Assembly: GCA_964480775.1 (NCBI GenBank)
Contig: CAYZRF010000003.1
Location: 1-32,000, forward strand
DNA: 32,000 nucleotides
From: an uncultured Nitrososphaerota archaeon
GTDB lineage: Archaea > Korarchaeota > Korarchaeia > Korarchaeales > Korarchaeaceae
Reading direction: 5' to 3'
The translations under genes were made by a program, and so were the position numbers. The notes below the pieces were generated by a model. That model saw only the letters and a program-made list of their open reading frames with translations, was not told the origin of the DNA and did not search any database. Shown in pieces: positions 18,767 to 26,179 of this stretch (position 1 is the first letter of the stretch; each line of letters starts with the position of its first letter).

Positions 18767-19834
18767 TTGAGGGGGGAAGTTGAGGATGCACTGAAATTAA
18801 TAACAAAGTTGGAAGAGTCTTGGACAGTAAAAAGACTAACTGAAATAGACCTATCTGTAATTCCATTTTGGATAGTTGAAGAGCTAGCATTAGCAAGCAG
18901 ATACGAACATTCAACGCACGTAGCACATCTTGCACTCATTGCCAGCCTAAAATTAGGGCTTGATCCCTTGATCTTATCAGTTTCAGGACTTCTGCATGAT
19001 GCTGGCTGCGGTCCCTTCCCTCACATAACAGATGAGCTGATGAGGATATTAATGGGAAGAGAACACCCTCATAACGTCAAATTCGTTTTGGAGAAAAGCC
19101 CTGACAAGGAATTGGACTACTTGGAAGAATTTGGGTTAGATATCTCAGAAATCTGTCAAGTAATAGCAGGTGAACATGAGTACTCCCCTTTAATAAATGG
19201 AGAAATAGATCTGGACAATGCTGACAACATATACAGGTATATATCAACAATGCCTTCTCTTCCTCTAGGAGAGCCTAGTTACAAACCTCTTGAAGTAGTT
19301 TCTTCGATGTGGATAGATAAAGGAAAACTAAAAGTCGGGCGAGATGTGAGAAACAGATGGATAGAAGATAGGAGAAAGATATACTCTTTTTTGGAGAACC
19401 ATGAAGGGAACATCTCTGCTTGGGTCATGTTAAGCAGGGCTATGAGGCTGTTAATGTCAGAACTAAGCGTAAACTTCTTTTTGCTCTCAAACAAAAGTGC
19501 CTTCTCTCTTATAGCCTCTAAGTTACCAGAATTAACTAATAATCTGCTGGAAGGAGATTTTTTACTACTTGAGAACGTAGAAGTATCTGAGCTTAGCTCT
19601 GAAGCTAGATCGTTTGTAAGGAAAAATAGAGCAGACTGGACTCTTATTGCTGAGCTAGAGGAACAAATCTGTTCAGAACTAGGGTTTGAGAGATGGTCTG
19701 TGGGAATAGAGATACTTTTTTCGAAGACTAACCCATATTGGGAAAGAAAGAGTTCGTGGAAACTCTATTTGGTCTCTATACGCGACGATGACAAATTACG
19801 TAAAACTTGGAGGAAATATATGGGTCTTCTGTGA
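18767..19834 (+). CDS. Divergent HD-domain phosphohydrolase (COG1078 / SAMHD1-like core) with an uncharacterised C-terminal half
   Basis: RYEHSTHVAHLA (R-x-x-H-S), LLHDAGCGPFPH (the HD motif, with GHGPFSH degenerated to GCGPFPH), and IDLDNADNIYRY in place of D-x-D-R-x-D-Y-L-x-R-D. TTG start is preceded by AAGGAGGGAGAGGGG. Confidence 0.6.
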   Translation: MRGEVEDALKLITKLEESWTVKRLTEIDLSVIPFWIVEELALASRYEHSTHVAHLALIASLKLGLDPLILSVSGLLHDAGCGPFPHITDELMRILMGREHPHNVKFVLEKSPDKELDYLEEFGLDISEICQVIAGEHEYSPLINGEIDLDNADNIYRYISTMPSLPLGEPSYKPLEVVSSMWIDKGKLKVGRDVRNRWIEDRRKIYSFLENHEGNISAWVMLSRAMRLLMSELSVNFFLLSNKSAFSLIASKLPELTNNLLEGDFLLLENVEVSELSSEARSFVRKNRADWTLIAELEEQICSELGFERWSVGIEILFSKTNPYWERKSSWKLYLVSIRDDDKLRKTWRKYMGLL

Positions 19835-19871
19835 TAATTAACAATATATCTGTCTTTTAGACATAACAGAT

Positions 19872-21086
19872 CTATCCTGAGGTCACAGAAATCCAAAAGT
19901 CATATTCTTCTTTAGCTCTCTGTATCTCTGACTTGAAACCACCTTCTACAAGATAACCATCCCACTCTTCAACGTATTTCTCCAATATTGTGCTCTCGCT
20001 CGCTTTTGCCAAAAAGTATAGGAGCCTTATGTGTAGTCTATGATATCTTTCGCTTGCTATTCTCGTATTGTAATATTGTTGATGGGTTCTGGAGTTCTGA
20101 TCGCTGAGAAGGGAATATGCTGACCAATATCCCAGATCATACTTTGGAAGAAGCAACTCTAGTGTGTTAATTCCAGAGTAGAACGTGTTTAGTGCGGCGG
20201 AATCTTCTATCAGCTGGGAATATATCCATAAACCCTTTAGAGATAGCATAAATCCGTTCAAAACTAAATCATACGGTGCATTTGAGTATTCTAAGTAGAA
20301 CGGACCAAAATCAAGTTCGGCTCTAAAACCTCCTTTTTCAAAAGGAACTTGGAACGAGTTGGCTAGAAGTATAGCTGCTCTTTTGAATTCATATTCCCCA
20401 GTGATCGAATATGCGATGGCAAAATAGGCACAACCTATGCCTTGGGATATAGAAGAGATCCAAGGTATATCCTCATTTTCCCAGGCAAAGTAGAACTTAA
20501 AGACCCCGTACTCTAGGTCGCCTATGTTTTTATCCTCTACGAATAACAGCATGTCTCTCATTACTTCTAAAAAGCCACGGAGGTTCTTCTTATATTCAAA
20601 AAGCTCAGTTGCATAATTCAGGGCATTTGTTGGGTGGAAATTGAAGCCCTGACCCTCTATGTATACGAAAGGAAAACTTAGAGAAGTGTCAAAAAATCTT
20701 TCGAAGAGAACTGGCTCCTTTTGACTTGAGTTTATGTATTTTAGGTTCACTTCCACTGTTTTTTCCAAAATAAATAAGTCTATTTTGCTTAGTCCTTTGG
20801 TTTTAGCCATTTTTTCAAATTTATTGAGAATGGCGGCAAGATCATCCGCAAGCGGATGTCCAGAAGAAATGATTTCTTCTGACTTAGATAAAAGAGAAAG
20901 CAAGTATAGAGCCTCGTCTTTTTCTATCAATTTAGAACTAACAGCCATTTCAATGAAATACGATAGGTTTTCTTCACTTGAAGAGACAAAGTTTGGTTCT
21001 TTGGTTAGATTTGTGATACCGATGAGGATTGTTAGGAGTAAAAGAGCAAACAAAAGCAAGTAAGCCGAAGTTCTTCCTTTAATCAA
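19872..21086 (-). CDS. D-glucuronyl C5-epimerase C-terminal-domain homolog, N-terminally membrane-anchored
   Basis: Strings parallel animal GLCE as I remember it: PWISSISQGIGC (WYSAMAQGQAIS), FYLEYS (WYEEYP), VLNGFMLSLKGLW (VLNGFMYSLIGLY), LPKYDLGYWSAYSL (LPLYDTGSGTIYDL), YHRLHIRLLYFLA (YHTTHINQLQLLS), EKYVEEWDGYL (KEFVKRWKSYL). N-terminal TM AYLLLFALLLLTILIGI. TTG start. Confidence 0.7.
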   Translation of the reverse strand: MIKGRTSAYLLLFALLLLTILIGITNLTKEPNFVSSSEENLSYFIEMAVSSKLIEKDEALYLLSLLSKSEEIISSGHPLADDLAAILNKFEKMAKTKGLSKIDLFILEKTVEVNLKYINSSQKEPVLFERFFDTSLSFPFVYIEGQGFNFHPTNALNYATELFEYKKNLRGFLEVMRDMLLFVEDKNIGDLEYGVFKFYFAWENEDIPWISSISQGIGCAYFAIAYSITGEYEFKRAAILLANSFQVPFEKGGFRAELDFGPFYLEYSNAPYDLVLNGFMLSLKGLWIYSQLIEDSAALNTFYSGINTLELLLPKYDLGYWSAYSLLSDQNSRTHQQYYNTRIASERYHRLHIRLLYFLAKASESTILEKYVEEWDGYLVEGGFKSEIQRAKEEYDFWISVTSG

Positions 21087-21250
21087 CCTAATTAAAGAGA
21101 AACTTAATCTCTTATATCTTTTCTTTTTAATTCATCTTGAGGCTAGAGAAGATTAAAGATGAAATTAAAATGATGAATTTCTCTTGCAGTGCTTTATAGG
21201 CACAGAATGTAAAATCTAAATCTACAATATATTGTAATCTCCAAAGAAAG

Positions 21251-21820
21251 ATGGATAGTAAGAAGATAAGGCTCAGCAAACTATTAAGTCTTGTTTTGAG
21301 GCATAAACCCTCTCTCCTAGGCATCTCGTTGGATTCTGAAGGATTTTCAGATGTTAACATAGAAGAACTAGCTGAAAGGATAAGGAAGCTGAGAGGTTAT
21401 CAATGAGTTACTTCTGAAGATATCGTAAAGATCGTGGAGACGGATGAAAAAGGTAGATTTGAAATAAGAAACGGTAGGATAAGGGCAACTTATGGCCACA
21501 GCATATCAGTTAAGCCAAAATACGAAGAAGCGTCTGAAGTACCTAAACTTTTCCACGGAACAACGAGAAAGGCGTGGGAAAAAATCAAGAAAAATGGGCT
21601 TCTTCCAATAAGTAGGAAATTTGTGCATTTGACGTCTAAACGGGAAATAGCCATAGAAGTGGCTAAGAGGCATGGTAAGAATCCAATTCTGTTAGAAGTG
21701 GACGGAAATTCCATGATTAGAGATGGATTGCTCTTGTGGAAGGCAAGTAACGTTATTTACTTGGCAAAAAAAGTACCACCAAAATACATCAAAGCAATTG
21801 AATTTAAGATGTCCAATTGA
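21251..21820 (+). pseudogene. kptA: RNA 2'-phosphotransferase KptA/Tpt1 interrupted by an in-frame TGA (21404-21406)
   Basis: ATG 21251 gives MDSKKIRLSKLLSLVLRHKPSLLGISLDSEGFSDVNIEELAERIRKLRGYQ, then TGA, then VTSEDIVKIVETDEKGRFEIRNGRIRATYGHS...HGTT...VHLT.... All parts are in one frame (21404-21251=153; 21434-21251=183). The track only reports the GTG-started 21434..21820 fragment, which lacks the LRH catalytic residues. Confidence 0.7.
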
Positions 21821-21884
21821 ACGGGCAAAATATTTCCAAAATCAATATTAAGGATGTCAACTAAGTAAGGTAGGTGAGAAGTAG

Positions 21885-22034
21885 GTGAAGTTCAAGGACC
21901 TAATACTGTTATTAATCGCGCTAATCATCGCCATATTGCTATGGAGGATGCTTTGGTTTATCTTCAGGATTATTGTATTATTAGTAATAGCCTTTGTGAT
22001 TTTTATCTTCCTAAGAAGGATTTTCAGAGATTAG
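21885..22034 (+). CDS. Small (49-aa) two-TM membrane protein, not in the ORF track
   Basis: GTG 21885 lies 8 nt after AGGTGA. The product is VKFKDLILLLIALIIAILLWRMLWFIFRIIVLLVIAFVIFIFLRRIFRD, ending at TAG 22032-22034. It fills the kptA/MBL gap. Confidence 0.4.
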   Translation: MKFKDLILLLIALIIAILLWRMLWFIFRIIVLLVIAFVIFIFLRRIFRD

Positions 22035-22062
22035 ACAAATAGGCATTTCAACAATCCGGTGA

Positions 22063-22707
22063 TTGGGTTTGTCCCTTCTCGTCAAGACATTTCCATTTGG
22101 ACTTTTAAAAAGCAACGTGTATCTGGTATATGAAAAAGAGACGAAAGAAGCTCTGATAATCGATGCAGGCGGGGGATTGCAGTATGTCATGCGGGAGATT
22201 AGAAAAGAAGCCTTAAAACCTAAGTTTATCCTACTAACGCATGGGCACTTTGACCACGTCTTTGAAGTAACTGATTTCAGAAAAACCTTGAAAGTTGAAG
22301 CTTACATACATAGAGAGGATCTTTGGACGCTCGAAATGTTGTGGGATTCAGGTTTATCAATGTTTGGGCTTAAACTGCCTAAACCCATTATAAATAAGTC
22401 CTTCGAGGACGAACCTCTCTTTATGCTTGGTTCCCAGTCTATCAGAGTTATTCACACTCCTGGACACACGCCCGGAGGTGTGTGCTACTTCTTACCAGAT
22501 TCAGGCATATTATTCACAGGAGATACTCTGTTTCGAGGATCAATTGGGAGAACAGACCTACCCGGAGGAAATAGTTCTTCAATGAGGAATTCTCTTAAGA
22601 AATTGTTATCTCTAAATGATGATATCGTAATATATCCTGGTCATGGTTCTCAAACTACGATTGGAAGGGAACGAAGATCAAACCCTTTCTTGGCAGAGTT
22701 AACTTAA
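22063..22707 (+). CDS. MBL-fold metallo-hydrolase (glyoxalase II-like)
   Basis: NVYLVYE...ALIIDAGG, LLTHGHFDH (H-x-H-x-D-H), HTPGHTPGG, GDTLF and PGHG motifs. 214 aa. Confidence 0.85.
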   Translation: MGLSLLVKTFPFGLLKSNVYLVYEKETKEALIIDAGGGLQYVMREIRKEALKPKFILLTHGHFDHVFEVTDFRKTLKVEAYIHREDLWTLEMLWDSGLSMFGLKLPKPIINKSFEDEPLFMLGSQSIRVIHTPGHTPGGVCYFLPDSGILFTGDTLFRGSIGRTDLPGGNSSSMRNSLKKLLSLNDDIVIYPGHGSQTTIGRERRSNPFLAELT

Positions 22708-22744
22708 GCGAGAAAAATGTTATGGCTCATCTCTCTAACTGCCG

Positions 22745-23583
22745 TTAGGTATGAGGTTCTACATGAACTACCACGTCTTTTGTATTTGGGAGTTCCAACT
22801 TAATTCTCCTAAGAACCTCATCGGCTAGATCGTGTGCATTCTTAACACTCATGCTGGGATCAACTAGAACATGTAAATCCAAGAATATATCCACACCAAC
22901 TTTTCTGGCCCTTATCTTGTGAACTTCTCTAACACCTTCAATAGAGTTTACGATTTTACTTACCCTCTCTATGTAATTCGTGCCAGGAGACACATCAGTA
23001 ACTGAATTTTTGATTTCTACAAAGCTCTTAATAGAAGACCAGCCCATAAAAAAGATAACTACAAACAATGCAATCGTATCCCATAACGGGGAAAGGAATG
23101 AAGCCAGCAATACCCCGAGAAATACAGAAATCCCTTCCACAATGTCAGAGATTACATGAAGCTCTTCTGTCTTTACTGCGAGGCCTGAAAACCCCGATTT
23201 TCTGTAGAATACCAAGGCTAACGCGTTGAAAATTAAGGAGATTAATGCATAAGCAGGCGCCTTTTCTCCGATAGAAACTATATGTTCTGTAGTTATTCTT
23301 TCAAATAGAGCATGAATCAGAATTATCATCATAGAGAGAACATAAGAAAAGGTTATGATGGCTGAAAGAGCCTCAAATCTCACGTGTCCATATAGATGAT
23401 CTTCGTCTGGTGGTTCTAAGGTTTTTCTGACAAAAAAGCTGTAAAAAAGGAGGATATCACATTTCCGAAGGAATCAACCCCATCTGCAACTAAAGCTAAA
23501 CTTCCTGTAAATATTCCACCAAACGTACTAACTATTACTTTGAAGCAACTTAACACAAACGGGATCCACAGCTTTTTTGTCAA
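22745..23583 (-). pseudogene. Cation diffusion facilitator (CDF) transporter with a frameshift near 23420-23440
   Basis: The C-terminal frame (track ORF 22745..23383) is open up to 23473 and reads ..RKTLEPPDEDHLYGHVRFEALSA.., the CDF P-x-D-x-x-H-P-Y-G-H-x-R-x-E motif. A second frame (TTG 23583 to TAG 23416) encodes the missing N-terminus MTKKLWIPFVLSCFKVIVSTFGGIFTGSLALVADGVDSFGNVISSFFTAFLSEKP. The two frames overlap across T6/T6/A5 homopolymers (minus strand). Confidence 0.75.
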
Positions 23584-23711
23584 TCCCAGGAATCGTTTCT
23601 AAAAGCCACTTAAAAGGATGAAGGTTTGGACAAAGATGGTTTTTGGCATATCCATCTCGCAACTGATCTCAACTAAGACATAAAAACACCTTTTCCCTAT
23701 ACAAAGTGTAA

Positions 23712-24230
23712 CTATTCAAGGGTAGCGTGCCTTCTAGCGAGATCTTCCTCCGTCTTTCCTAATCTTGAGGCCAACTCAGAGATCAAAGCATCGCAAAATA
23801 CAAGAGTAGAGATCTCAAATAGTGTGCCTAGAGGGGTTAGTGGTTCATGAAGTCCCATGATTTGTCTTGATTCGTAATCCATATGGGTGGCTGGCAGAAC
23901 CCTTCCCTTTATAACAACAGAAACATCTGCCATCCTTCCCAATGTAGAATCTGGGTAGCTTGTTATAACTGCAAGAATACCACCTATCTCTTTGACCTGT
24001 TTTGCTATCGTTACAGGATAAAGAGTCTCTCCAGATCCACTTATAACTATCAAGAGATCCCCTGGATCCATTCTAGGGGTTATGGTCTCTCCAACTACAT
24101 GAACTGAAAAGCCAAGGTGCATTAACCTCATAGCGAAGGCCTTTGCAACAAGTCCAGATCTCCCAGCACCTACGATGAAGATCTTGCGGTCTCCTAGCGT
24201 TCTGAGAACTGCCGATGCCAAGAGCTCCAC
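23712..24230 (-). CDS. hxlB: 6-phospho-3-hexuloisomerase (SIS domain)
   Basis: KIFIVGAGRSGLVAKAFAMRLMHLGF, VGETITP, LLIVISGSGET and C-terminal RRHATLE closely parallel archaeal PHI (for example the M. jannaschii enzyme, from memory). The conserved N-terminal helix continues in frame to 24314 without a canonical start (see findings). Confidence 0.88.
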   Translation of the reverse strand: MELLASAVLRTLGDRKIFIVGAGRSGLVAKAFAMRLMHLGFSVHVVGETITPRMDPGDLLIVISGSGETLYPVTIAKQVKEIGGILAVITSYPDSTLGRMADVSVVIKGRVLPATHMDYESRQIMGLHEPLTPLGTLFEISTLVFCDALISELASRLGKTEEDLARRHATLE

Positions 24231-24397
24231 TTCTGACTCATTAATGTCAGAAAGAACGTTTGCTACAGCTTTAACTATCTTCTGAGCTCTGTCTCTGACC
24301 TCCAGAAGTATCCCCTAGAACCATGAGTGCCTAATAATATTATTTTTACACAAGATTTTATTGTTTAGTTGATAACAGAACATTTGTAGGACTGAAA

Positions 24398-25774
24398 TCA
24401 GCCCTCGATTATGAAGGCTGATGAAGTAACATAACCCATCCTCCCAGCATGTTTCGGCCATACCGCTACAAATATACCTATGAATTCTCCCTCTTTAGAT
24501 TCAATGCTTGCTGTGTAATTCTGTCCATTTTCTGTCATCATTAAAGAGTTCCAACTCACTTGAGTGAAGTCCTTAGTATCGCTGTACGCATACCAAAGCT
24601 CAATTCTATCTATGGCCGCCCCGTTATCATTGACCTTAACTGAAAAATCTATATTTTCGTTCGAACTAAACATATCGATGCTAATAACGTTGGGAATTGG
24701 TGTTTCGAGGACTATATTCTTTAAAAACATCCTCCAGGCAATTTCTGCCTCTATAGAAGAGTGAAGAGAGGTATGGGTTGCGCTCGGCACATATGCTATG
24801 TAAAGATTTCCCGAATACGCTTCTTGATACGTTCTTTCTATACCTAAAGGGTTTAAAACATCATTTGAGCCTAATAGTAGCATTACTTTGAGATCCTTTC
24901 TCTTCATAACGGTTATTGGATCATAATACTTTGCAAAGTCATCCCAGAGAGGTGTATCAATCTTTTCAGTGAGACCAGACTTAGAGAGAGATTCCAAAAC
25001 CCCTCTCAATTCACCATATACCTCAAGATGGGTGTTCATCAGAGCTTTAAGGTCAAAACCTGCGAAAGATCTCGGAGCTATGGCAACAATTCTTGGGTCT
25101 GCAGCGGCAGCTATACAACTAGCCCAGCCCCTTTTGCTCCCGCCCGATAGAATGAACTTTGTTGGATGAGAACTCAGAAGGTTGTTTAATAGCGTGGCAG
25201 CTCTCATGTAAGCGGCGGCCATAGGATAGGGTAGAGGCCATTTAATGTCGCCAGTCTCAAAATATTTCTCTAAGGAGAACGCTAAGAGTTCTTCTTCATC
25301 ATTTATTCCGAACTGGGGCATAAATGGTACATCTGTAACGACAAAAACTGGTATTCTAGCCTCAGCAGCAGCTTTCAATCCGAATTCTTCTAGAAAAGAC
25401 TCAGGTTTCTCGCCCATACCTCCAAAAACTATTGCCGCATATTCACTTGCTGCACCTACTGGCTGAAAGATAACCCCCCTGTGATACCATTTGTTTCCCA
25501 TCCAATCTATGCTATGGAAGGATAGGACAGTGACGTTAATAAGAACACCTCCGCTCCTTTGCTCCTCTTGTGTTGCAAAATGTAGCTCTAAGGTTTCAGG
25601 ATCGAATATTTTCTCTGCATCGAATATATCTAGATTTAAACTCAGATTTCCCATGATGGGTTTGGTTGTTCCCGTTGTCTCTTCACTTTCTTTTCTTATC
25701 TGAAAATACGCTAAAGCCAAAAGCGTAAAGATCAATAAGAGTAAAAGTGCAATAGTTGTTCTTTGCTTCATCAT
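24398..25774 (-). CDS. Secreted alpha/beta hydrolase of the PhoPQ-activated pathogenicity-related (PqaA) type
   Basis: N-terminal signal anchor (TIALLLLLIFTLLALAYF). LSGGSKRGWASCIAAAADPRIVAIAPRSF matches the G-x-S-K-R-G-W..D.R..a..P core I associate with this family. 458 aa. Confidence 0.5.
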   Translation of the reverse strand: MMKQRTTIALLLLLIFTLLALAYFQIRKESEETTGTTKPIMGNLSLNLDIFDAEKIFDPETLELHFATQEEQRSGGVLINVTVLSFHSIDWMGNKWYHRGVIFQPVGAASEYAAIVFGGMGEKPESFLEEFGLKAAAEARIPVFVVTDVPFMPQFGINDEEELLAFSLEKYFETGDIKWPLPYPMAAAYMRAATLLNNLLSSHPTKFILSGGSKRGWASCIAAAADPRIVAIAPRSFAGFDLKALMNTHLEVYGELRGVLESLSKSGLTEKIDTPLWDDFAKYYDPITVMKRKDLKVMLLLGSNDVLNPLGIERTYQEAYSGNLYIAYVPSATHTSLHSSIEAEIAWRMFLKNIVLETPIPNVISIDMFSSNENIDFSVKVNDNGAAIDRIELWYAYSDTKDFTQVSWNSLMMTENGQNYTASIESKEGEFIGIFVAVWPKHAGRMGYVTSSAFIIEG

Positions 25775-25864
25775 CCTGTGCTATAACATTTTCATTAAAA
25801 AGTCCTCTCCCTGTACTAACAGATAACGAGAGGGTTATATTTTCTATGAGATCTGTATCGATGG

Positions 25865-26179
25865 ATGCTTCGAATACATTTGGCAAGGAAGAAAGACTTC
25901 GTTAGAATCATAAGAGAATGCCTTTTGGAGACTAGAGGGAAAGTAATACTTTTTTGGAAGGAAAAAATCGAAGAAGAAAGTGAAGGAAGGAGAACAATTC
26001 TTCTCCTAGTTCCCATTTATTACCCAAACGTTGGAGAGTGGATTCTCTGGTGCTATAATCAAAAACTTGAGGAAGAAAGTCCTGAAGAAATAGCTAAGGT
26101 CTTAGCAAAAGAGATAGGAATAACGCATACAGCAGAGATAGTGAAGATATCTGCTAACGGAGAAGAAGTAGATGCTTAG
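25865..26179 (+). CDS. Hypothetical protein (104 aa)
   Basis: ATG-started ORF, Glu-rich, with no motif I recognise. Its TAG (26177-26179) overlaps the TAA (26176-26178, minus strand) of the GTPase gene. Confidence 0.4.
   Translation: MLRIHLARKKDFVRIIRECLLETRGKVILFWKEKIEEESEGRRTILLLVPIYYPNVGEWILWCYNQKLEEESPEEIAKVLAKEIGITHTAEIVKISANGEEVDA

Noticed and set aside
21170-21176. C-box-like ATGATGA (possible C/D box sRNA); a similar ATGATGT occurs at 28544-28550
   Set aside because: There is no CTGA D box or C'/D' pair within the following roughly 70 nt on the same strand.
21127-21360. 77-aa minus-strand ORF
   Set aside because: It overlaps the plus-strand region that encodes the clearly homologous KptA N-terminus (LSKLLSLVLRHKP...), and it has no motif of its own.
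21404-21406. Genome-wide reassignment of TGA to Trp as the explanation for the kptA interruption
   Set aside because: At least nine genes in this window end with TGA at the expected C-termini. These include homology-anchored ones: nth at 8698, the macro domain gene at 31275-31277, the OSBS-type gene at 31367, and kptA itself at 21818-21820. TGA is therefore a normal stop here.
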